Made by a program: the position numbers and the translations under genes. This document shows positions 57,101 to 64,000 of a DNA stretch of 64,000 nt, piece after piece. Source of the DNA: Naegleria gruberi (Eukaryota). The first letter of the stretch is position 1, and each line of letters starts with the position of its first letter. Location of the stretch: the NCBI GenBank assembly GCA_000004985.1, contig GG738879.1; one strand, given 5' to 3'. The notes beneath the pieces were generated by a model. That model did not search any database and was not told the origin of the DNA. It saw only the letters and a list, made by a program, of their open reading frames with translations.

Positions 57101-59120
57101 GTATATAGTTTGTTTGTCTTTTTTGTAATCTCCATATTGACTAGCTGATTCCAAATTTTCCATATCGTTCTCATCTTGTTTTGGTTCTAAGTAATTTGGA
57201 CCATCATCTACATAATTGACAGGTAACACCTTGTTGCCTGGTAAATTACGTTTCTTAAATTCTGACTTTGAGTCAGAGGAAAATCTTCGTTTCTTTGATT
57301 GTTCATCCTCCAAAATGTTTGCTTCAGCATAAAATTCATCTGCCAATTCAGCTTCAAAAAGGAATTCTTCTAAAAACTTTGCATAGCTTCTCAATACTTG
57401 GGCGTTATTATGGAAATTAACAAGTAAGTTATTGAACGTTGTACTTGAATTTTCCATGTATGTGTGCATCATTTTAACCAAACTATATACCTTTTCCGAG
57501 TTTTCCTCATTAGACACAAAGTGTTTCCAGAATAGCTTTTGATATTGTCTTAATCTTTCCTGTTGTTTCTCCACAGTGTCAAGAATGTGTCTAAGTTCTA
57601 AAGAATTTTTTCCTGTTGAAATTGAAGCCTCTATTTCCTTAGTTCTTTGGTAAACAAGGTAACGTAATACAAGATTAGAGTTCTTTTTACCTGCCTTTGC
57701 AAGTAGGTGAAGGCAAAAGCTTGGTGAATATTGATCTCCCATCATTTTCTTAAATATATATAAAGATGAAATTATCAGAGTGTAGGTATCTAATTCTAAT
57801 CTTTGATTTGTAGCAACCTTTATCAAGTTGGTTATTAACTCATCTTCTTTAGTTTTGATAGAGAATTTCAAATATAAGTTTAAAAATTTTGGATTGACTA
57901 ATTCATTAACACTAGTTTGAACGGTGATATTCTCGTTCTTGAAATCAGTTAATCTTCTTCTGACATATCTCATAACTATCTGTGTATAAATTTCAACAAT
58001 AGAAAATCCAATAAAGAAAAATATAATCACAGAGCCAAATCCAACACCAAAAAGATAACCCAAACCAACATCTTCACTTACAGGATCATTCGCTACAATG
58101 GCCAGTATGCTGGATATTGCAGCACCTGCTTTAGATAAGTACAACCCACCAAAAATCGAATTCACAATTCTATAGTGAAATGGTAAATCATAAATTAGAA
58201 AACCAAATATAAGGAGTGTGAAAAATAAAAAGAGTAAAGGTCTTGCAATAAATGCTTGGGGTGGTAATATTTGAGAAATGATTAAGTGGATTTGGTTGAT
58301 TACTACAGCAGAAGCAAATACAACAGGGCTGTCCATACTTAGCCAAGACTTACCCTCAACCCATGTGTCACACGATAGAAGTATTCCAAGAAATGTGAGA
58401 GGTAATTGTAATATCATAAATAAAAGTGATATGGCTGCAAAGGAACCATTTAAAGGACTCCAACAACCTATGGTAGGAAACCTTCTTAGAGCATATTGAG
58501 CAACTCCATCCACTACTAGACCTTGTTTAGAATAATCACAAGCCCAAAAAGCGGTCAAGCAAAATACAAATCCAAGTCCGAACACTCCAAAGAACATGCA
58601 TATAGCTCTAATTGTATTCTTGATTTTTGATGAATGCTTACTTCCTCTATGAAGAGCTTTATAAGCATAGTAGATTGCAACCAGAGCTATCAACTCTAAC
58701 ACAGCAAGTATTACAGCAACGGCAAGAAAGAGCTCATAAGGATACCAACTGGCACCTAATGTTCTTGGAACTGCAATAATCCTAACACCTAATTTTGCAG
58801 ACTCACCCCAATTAAATTCTAAGATGGTTAATAAATACATTATTTCAGGAATACTTACCAGACTCCCAACCTAGAGCTATTGATTGCTCGACCAATACTA
58901 TATTCAATAATATGAAAAGCCAATTTGGTAATGCTTTTGGCAATTTTATAGAAACTAGAAAGAAGAATAATGTATCTTCTAATTTTCCAACAATACTACT
59001 ACCCCGAGTGAGGGTTGTATTACTAGTTTTTGATCTACTAGAAGAGCCTTTTGAAAAAACCGACTCTCCATCATGTCCTACGGGTGAATGATCACTAGAG
59101 TCTCGCATCGAGTAGGCCAT
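54129..59120 (-). CDS. Membrane-bound PAS-domain adenylyl cyclase (class III nucleotidyl cyclase), five exons: complement(join(54129..54708,54753..54940,54979..55391,55432..58818,58859..59120)), about 1609 aa
   Basis: Exon 1 is a Ser-rich cytoplasmic N-terminus. Exon 2 is a region of about 1100 aa with two TM clusters and two large inter-TM domains. Exon 3 is a PAS domain (AILGDAAVDGAVVLNSKTGFVDIINPSALNMLGYKADEILGK). Exons 3 to 5 form the cyclase domain: LLNILPEQVAARLKAGETYISEKIDDTTCLFSDMVNFT...GLEKIKTIGDAYFCVGGLH...IRIGLHTGSVIAGCIG...YDLWGENVTLASKMESTG. Substrate-specifying residues are Lys (before TIGD) and Asp (YDLWG), which indicates adenylyl cyclase. Introns of 40, 40, 38 and 44 nt. Total 4830 nt. 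Confidence 0.75.
54709..54752 (-). other. Spliceosomal intron (44 nt) in the cyclase catalytic domain
   Basis: Minus strand: ...AAAACAAT|GTAAGT...AATTAGATAATAAT...TTTAG|TGGTGATGC. Splicing yields KIKT-I-GDAYF. Confidence 0.75.
54941..54978 (-). other. Spliceosomal intron (38 nt) between the PAS and cyclase exons
   Basis: Minus strand: GCAAGA|GTAAGT...AATAATAG|TTAAAAGCT. Splicing yields QVAAR-LKAGETYIS. Confidence 0.7.
55392..55431 (-). other. Spliceosomal intron (40 nt) before the PAS exon
   Basis: Minus strand: ATTTTGG|GTAAGT...TTTTGTAG|ATGCTGCTG. Splicing yields KAILG-DAAVDG. Confidence 0.7.
58819..58858 (-). other. Spliceosomal intron (40 nt) after exon 1 of the cyclase gene
   Basis: Minus strand: GAGTCTG|GTAAGT...ATTTATTAACC...CTTAG|AATTTAATTGG. 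Joins ORF 58845..59120 to ORF 55403..58840 (…GWES-EFNWGESAK…). Confidence 0.7.
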
Positions 59121-59416
59121 TTGTTATAAATTGTAGTGATATTATCCTATTGTTAATGTTGTGTATTTTTCTTGTAGTTAAAATTGGCGGTATAAAAAAT
59201 AACTGTTTTTAGGTTGGCTTTTTTTGGGTGAATTTAAGTGAGTAGATTTATAGCGTATAAATCGGGTTATTGAGTTCTTCATTAACTTCGCACTGTATTT
59301 TGTCCTACTTACATGAGCCTTAGAATTGGTATCATTAACAGTACTCCAATATTAAATTACAACAAAATATTCATGGTACTGTTAATAACGCAAATTATTA
59401 TCATCAAAATTAAAAA

Positions 59417-60241
59417 ATGATGCGCTTCAGAGCAAGTGTAAAGTTATTGAATAGGTTTGTTAGTGATTACACAAGCACAAAATACCTTTCGGAAGAAACT
59501 GAACTTCTATGCAAAATAGTTGCCAATTCAACTTTAGGAAATTATAAGAAATTAGAAAATGATTGGAAATTAATTCAACAACATCCAACAAAGAGCAGAA
59601 TGTTATCCATGATGGCCATAGAATTAATTTCAATGAATTTTTGTTTTGTTGGATTTCCAAAAGTTTTAAATTCCTTGTCAACTTTAAAATCCATCTCTAC
59701 TAAATCACATGACAATCAAAAGCCATTTTTTACCGAAGATGAATGGCTTGAATTGACTAAATTATCGGATTCTGATTCTTTCCATCAAGATAGAATTAAG
59801 AGACAACATTTAGGAGAACAAACAATGAAGAAAATTTATGGAGAATCAAATTATTCAAAGTTAGCTGCAAAGTTTAAAACACTTCATCCATTAGTCAACC
59901 AAAATATTCACATGAATGCTTATGGAATGGTATTACAAGATAGAAGTCATGTTTTTCTTGCAATGAGAGAGCTTTCCTCGGTTGTGAGTTTGTGTTATTT
60001 TGTAGATACATGTGGCCCTCAATTAGTTGCTCATATGAAAGGTTTTACCAGAGTGTACGATGAAAAGGAATTAGGATATTCCATCCCACTAATGAATCCT
60101 CATGTTATTGAAACAGAAAGTCGTGCCAAGTTGTGTTTGAAAGGAGTTTTCGAATTGACCAGTGAAATGTATGGCCTTAAAGAACCTTTGAATGAAATGT
60201 GGCAATCTCTAGAAACCTCAAATAAGAAATATACTCTCTAG
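59417..60241 (+). CDS. Hypothetical protein, possibly mitochondrial (N-terminal MMRFRASVKLLNRFV presequence-like segment)
   Basis: 274-aa ORF; no confident domain. Confidence 0.45.
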   Translation: MMRFRASVKLLNRFVSDYTSTKYLSEETELLCKIVANSTLGNYKKLENDWKLIQQHPTKSRMLSMMAIELISMNFCFVGFPKVLNSLSTLKSISTKSHDNQKPFFTEDEWLELTKLSDSDSFHQDRIKRQHLGEQTMKKIYGESNYSKLAAKFKTLHPLVNQNIHMNAYGMVLQDRSHVFLAMRELSSVVSLCYFVDTCGPQLVAHMKGFTRVYDEKELGYSIPLMNPHVIETESRAKLCLKGVFELTSEMYGLKEPLNEMWQSLETSNKKYTL

Positions 60242-60517
60242 TGAACTGATCGCCATCCTCCTTATTGACCTCCTTACTCTATTCCTTCCGTAATACACAT
60301 ACAGTATTGTCTAGTGATAAACCTTATCGTCGTCAACACACTTACCATTCCAAAAGGAATATGATTTTTGGTCACCTCCAAAAGAAAGCTACTTTCCAAT
60401 TGGGTTCTTTGTTCTATTTTAAGATTCTAAATTGTGATTCAAATAGAGGCAACATTCCAATCTCAATCAAAAAACAACACGAAAAAATATTTCAACCGAT
60501 AAACAATAACAACAATA

Positions 60518-61528
60518 ATGGAACAACAAGCTGAAGAACAAGTGATAATTAAATTATATCTTTCCAAAGAACATATTAGAAGATTTACAATTCCAAAGAT
60601 CGCATCTTATGAAGATTTAAAGAGTAGAATTATTCAATTCTATGATGAAGTTGGTCAGACAATTAACCCATCCGAAGATTTAGATTTACAATATTGTGAC
60701 GATGATAATGAATGGACTGTGTTGAGAAATGAAGATGATTGGTATTGTTGTAAGGCAATTTGTCCAACAAATATTAAAATCAGAAAGCCTTCAATGTGGA
60801 TGAAAGCACAATTTACTTACAAGTCAGGGCAACAAGCTGTTATTCAATCTTTCAACAAGGAAAAGAAATATTTGGTAGAAAAGAGCAAGCAAATCTTCTC
60901 TCAAGTTAATGAAGAATTCCAAAAATTGAGTTCAAATCAAGAAGTTAAAAAGCTTGAAAGTACTATGTCACATGCTGTTAATGACTTTATTGAAACTGTC
61001 ACACCATTATTACAAACAGCCACAAATACCACTTGTGAATTCATTTCATCAGTTGAAAACTCACTGAAAACTAGTGCTTCCTCAAGTGAACCTCAATTGA
61101 TCAGAACTGATGATGTAGTTGAGGAACCAATTGATGAAGAAGAAGAGCAATTAATTGCTCAACAAACTGTACAACCAACCGTTCAAGGTGATACTATGGA
61201 AAAATCAGGATATGTCTGGGTTTTAGCTGATAATGAAAAGACTCAAGTCGTTGCTCAACAACAAGCTGAACCTGTTGTTGAAACACCAGTTGTTGAAGAA
61301 CCTGCTGTTATTGAAACACCAGAAGTTGTTGAACCAGTTGCTGAAGAACAACCTGCTGCTGTTGTTGAAACTATTCCTGAACCAGTTGTTGAAACACCAG
61401 TTCAATTCGCTGAACAAATGAAGATGTTAAGCTTAATGGGTTTCACTGATGTCCAAAAGAATATTGAATTATTGACCAAACACAATGGAAACCTTTCACT
61501 CGTTGTTGATGCCTTATTAGCTATGTAA
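60518..61528 (+). CDS. PB1- and UBA-domain protein (p62/SQSTM1/NBR1-like selective-autophagy receptor candidate)
   Basis: N-terminal PB1-like fold (IKLYLSKEHIRRFTI...LQYCDDDNEWTVLRNEDDW). C-terminal UBA (FAEQMKMLSLMGFTDVQKNIELLTKHNGNLSLVVDALLAM). Central LIR-like GYVWVL and a P/E/V-rich tandem repeat. Confidence 0.6.
   Translation: MEQQAEEQVIIKLYLSKEHIRRFTIPKIASYEDLKSRIIQFYDEVGQTINPSEDLDLQYCDDDNEWTVLRNEDDWYCCKAICPTNIKIRKPSMWMKAQFTYKSGQQAVIQSFNKEKKYLVEKSKQIFSQVNEEFQKLSSNQEVKKLESTMSHAVNDFIETVTPLLQTATNTTCEFISSVENSLKTSASSSEPQLIRTDDVVEEPIDEEEEQLIAQQTVQPTVQGDTMEKSGYVWVLADNEKTQVVAQQQAEPVVETPVVEEPAVIETPEVVEPVAEEQPAAVVETIPEPVVETPVQFAEQMKMLSLMGFTDVQKNIELLTKHNGNLSLVVDALLAM
61268..61403 (+). repeat. Imperfect tandem coding repeat (about 27-30 nt units; PVVETPVVEEPAVIETPEVVEPVAEE...)
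   Basis: Repeated GAACCTGTTGTTGAAACACCAGTTGTTGAAGAA-like units visible directly in the sequence. Confidence 0.6.
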
Positions 61529-61555
61529 ATATTCGTGTAAAAAAACAATAAATAT

Positions 61556-64000
61556 TTATTCAATTAAATCAAATACACTTTGAACAACCTCTGCATGTCT
61601 TTCAGAGAATGTGTTGATTAAGAACATGATAAGCTTCTTTTGCAAGTCTGGAGTTAATTTCGATTTTCTATCCTTATTATTATTAATAATTTTGTATAAA
61701 ATAGAGTCACGAATCATATTTTCCTCATTTCCAGAATTAGCCTCCTTGATGAGATGGAGGAGTTGAACTGAAACATAGAATGATGATGTGTAAATATTGA
61801 GAAGAATATCTAGTTTGGTTTGTTCCTCGACTTCTGTTTCCTTTTCATAGAAATCACAATAAATATCTGTTGCAATCAAAAGTCTATCCAATAACTTTTG
61901 TTGATTTTCCATAATTACCCTATTATCTGATGGAATACCTTTGTAGATAGAAATTAATAAATCAACAGCACCCTTATAGCTCTCATTTGCCCAATTTTGG
62001 TTTGGTTCCTCAATAGCAAGATCAGTTGCAAGTTGGGCTTGATAGTATGTTAGTTTGAGGAAATAAGAGGCAGAATTTGCTGTGTTAAAATTATTGTTAG
62101 CAACGGATGCAAGTTTCAACAGAGATAATCTGTTTCTGGTGGTTCCAAGCTCTCCTAATGGAAGGATGTTTTGTGAGTAGTCATCTGACAAATCAGCCAA
62201 AGAGGATTCAACTTCACCCAAGTTTCCAACTTGGATATAGTGCAACCATTTGAGGTTGGAGTTTGGTTCAATAACTGAGGCCATTTGTTCTCCACATCTG
62301 AAACTCCAATTGTTTGCCAATAACTCGTGATACTTTTTAGAATCTCTAAGATATGTTAATAGATATGTTGCAAAGTCTTTGTATCTCTTTACATAATGAG
62401 AATATTTAACAGTTCTTTCCTTTTCAGTTGGATAGTTCTCCTCTGCTATTTGTATCAAGTGTTTGAAATCTCTATATTTTTCTGCTAAGGTTAAGGCAAA
62501 AGTCTTTGGTGAAATTTCTCCAACATCCTTCATCTTTCTGAATGTACCAATTATTAAATCTCTTTTAGCCTCAAAATTGAATGTCTGGAAATGAGAAACC
62601 TCTTTTTCTTTCATGGTTTGAAGAATTGAAAATGTAAAATCTGCTATTTCATACATTTGGTTGAGTATTTGAGGGACTGATTTACTTTCTGAAGCGCTAA
62701 GATTACTGGCTGATCTTTCAAATTGTTCAAAAAATCTTGTAATAAGGAGACCTGGCTTATCAATTGTCCACGTACTTCCACATTCTTTAATATTGGTACC
62801 AAATCTATTCAATACCTTCCTAAATTCAAGTATCCCTTCTGAAAAGCATAAAAAGACTTGATTTACAAGAGATAATGTGTTATAAGTGGTTTGACTAGAA
62901 ATAATCTTTTCAGATTGAATTTGATAAATCAAACTTTCAACTCTTGAAACAAGAATGTAGAAATTTTCAACATTACATTGCGATTTGGTAAAATTAGCCT
63001 CTTCACAGCATAAGTTCATAGCTTGAATAATCAAATCTTGAGATGATTTTGATCCAAGTTGATTTTGTAACTCTCTTAACTTGATGCAAACAAAGAGCTT
63101 TTCACCATTTTGTAAAATTATTCTTAAATCCTCTTCTGAAAGGTTTTCAATAATTTGGTAGTCAACTAGGTATTGTAAGAAGTCCATATATTCATCCATC
63201 TTTTTTTGCAATGATCTTAAAATCAAAATAGATAGTTTGTCGTAATAAATCATTTCAGCATCAATAATCAAACTACCGGATGTTGGAATGCTATCTACCA
63301 ACATTTGACTAGCTCTAACAATAGATGGTCCAAAAACAGAGGAGCGAATGAAATTTAAAGAGCTGATTTTCTCACGTTTTCTAAAATTGCTTAAAACCTT
63401 ATTAGCAAGAGTAGTTTCTGCTTCTTTTGGATCAGAATCCGATTCTTGATCCATGGATTGATCTACACAGTTTGATGCCAGACTCATACTATCTTCCAAT
63501 TTAACAATCCTCAGTGCCTTGAAATTTCCTGATTTATCAATTAAGCAACCATCCAAACCATCAATCATAATATCTCCTAGAGAAATAATACCATTGTAAT
63601 CACATTGTGTAATAATTTTGTTGTCTTCAATTACAGTAATACTATTCAAAGTATGTACATAAAGTCTATTGCAACTCTTCATAATTTGACATTTGGAATA
63701 GAATTTAGAGTTGATTTCACTAAAATCACACTTATCTAAGCGGATAGGTGATTCTACAACAATATTGTCGTTAATTTGGATTGGCCATAAAAGATATTCG
63801 ATAGTTGAACTACTTCTGGCAGTATCAAGTGGTTCTGGAACCATACATGTTAAAAGATAAATCTGTTCAGTTTGTTCATCAAAATTAAAATCTAACAGTC
63901 TCAATGAATAGTTTCTTATCATGTTCAAGCTTTGTAACTCATGAGAAATGTCCTTTCTCCAACAAAGATCCTTTCCTTGCTCTGTATATTTCGAGATACA
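61556..64000 (-). CDS. Nucleoporin Nup133-like protein (C-terminal alpha-solenoid plus part of the N-terminal region). It is truncated: the reading frame continues beyond the window end at 64000.
   Basis: ...TFALTLAEKYRDFKHLIQIAEEN...YVKRYKDFATYLLTYL...LKWLHYIQVGNLGEVESSL resembles the NUP133 C-terminal region (FALELAEKYCDFDILVQMCEQ...) as I recall it. The track ORF 61556..63928 starts at a TTG, with no in-frame stop between it and the window edge. Confidence 0.5.
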   Translation of the reverse strand, partial: CISKYTEQGKDLCWRKDISHELQSLNMIRNYSLRLLDFNFDEQTEQIYLLTCMVPEPLDTARSSSTIEYLLWPIQINDNIVVESPIRLDKCDFSEINSKFYSKCQIMKSCNRLYVHTLNSITVIEDNKIITQCDYNGIISLGDIMIDGLDGCLIDKSGNFKALRIVKLEDSMSLASNCVDQSMDQESDSDPKEAETTLANKVLSNFRKREKISSLNFIRSSVFGPSIVRASQMLVDSIPTSGSLIIDAEMIYYDKLSILILRSLQKKMDEYMDFLQYLVDYQIIENLSEEDLRIILQNGEKLFVCIKLRELQNQLGSKSSQDLIIQAMNLCCEEANFTKSQCNVENFYILVSRVESLIYQIQSEKIISSQTTYNTLSLVNQVFLCFSEGILEFRKVLNRFGTNIKECGSTWTIDKPGLLITRFFEQFERSASNLSASESKSVPQILNQMYEIADFTFSILQTMKEKEVSHFQTFNFEAKRDLIIGTFRKMKDVGEISPKTFALTLAEKYRDFKHLIQIAEENYPTEKERTVKYSHYVKRYKDFATYLLTYLRDSKKYHELLANNWSFRCGEQMASVIEPNSNLKWLHYIQVGNLGEVESSLADLSDDYSQNILPLGELGTTRNRLSLLKLASVANNNFNTANSASYFLKLTYYQAQLATDLAIEEPNQNWANESYKGAVDLLISIYKGIPSDNRVIMENQQKLLDRLLIATDIYCDFYEKETEVEEQTKLDILLNIYTSSFYVSVQLLHLIKEANSGNEENMIRDSILYKIINNNKDRKSKLTPDLQKKLIMFLINTFSERHAEVVQSVFDLIE

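Noticed and set aside
58845-58862. The sequence ATACTTACC, which looks like the U1 snRNA 5' end, taken as evidence of an snRNA gene.
   Set aside because: It is the plus-strand complement of the GTAAGT donor of the cyclase gene's first intron, not an snRNA. No U2, U4, U5 or U6 signature was found anywhere in the window.
1-64000. A prokaryotic interpretation of the window: operons, defence islands, CRISPR arrays, mobile elements.
   Set aside because: Spliceosomal introns with GT..AG boundaries are present. The tRNA-His is eukaryotic-type (A73, no encoded G-1). The products are eukaryote-specific (proteasome alpha-2, SUN, HORMA, 4E-BP, nucleoporin). Coding regions are long and rich in low-complexity tracts. 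No direct-repeat/spacer arrays, no IS-like inverted repeats and no rRNA were seen.
1-64000. A ciliate-type reassigned genetic code (TAA/TAG as Gln), given the AT-richness and Q/N-rich proteins.
   Set aside because: Conserved proteins such as PSMA2, OYE, DPP-IV and 4E-BP end at TAA or TAG exactly where homologues end. Reading frames up to 9.4 kb are open under the standard code.

Overview
This window is eukaryotic nuclear DNA, not prokaryotic. It is AT-rich (roughly two-thirds A+T), gene-dense (about 30 protein-coding genes plus one tRNA in 64 kb), and uses the standard genetic code. Many encoded proteins carry long Q/N/S/T-rich low-complexity tracts. Several genes contain extremely short spliceosomal introns of 38-51 nt that break the six-frame ORF track into pieces. 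These introns have GTAAGT, GTATGT, GTGAGT or GTTTGT donors, TAG or AAG acceptors, and often an internal TTAAT- or CTAAC-like motif. One intron sits directly after the ATG. Every multi-exon model I built gives a coding length divisible by three and restores a conserved domain. The overall picture fits a unicellular protist, possibly an amoebozoan of dictyostelid type, but that assignment is tentative. Confidently recognisable genes include a PGRMC/Dap1-type cytochrome b5-like heme-binding protein, a CELF/Bruno-like RNA-binding protein with three RRMs, an apparent phosphoserine phosphatase-phosphoserine aminotransferase fusion, a HORMA-domain protein, a 4E-BP, a DPP-IV-type S9B peptidase, a YbeY endoribonuclease, an Old-Yellow-Enzyme flavin oxidoreductase, tRNA-His(GUG), a CaMKK-family kinase, proteasome subunit alpha-2, a SUN-domain protein, a TBC protein, a PB1+UBA (p62/NBR1-like) protein and a Nup133-like protein truncated at the window end. 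The most unusual loci are: (i) a five-exon minus-strand gene of about 1600 aa that combines a large multi-pass membrane region, a PAS domain and a single class III cyclase catalytic domain with adenylyl-type specificity residues; (ii) a giant single-ORF protein of about 3300 aa with an IQ motif; (iii) a Q/N-rich protein with a divergent WRKY-like zinc finger; (iv) a tandem pair of small four-TM cysteine-rich membrane protein genes; (v) a candidate 26-aa OST4-like micropeptide. No CRISPR arrays, transposons or rRNA genes were seen.
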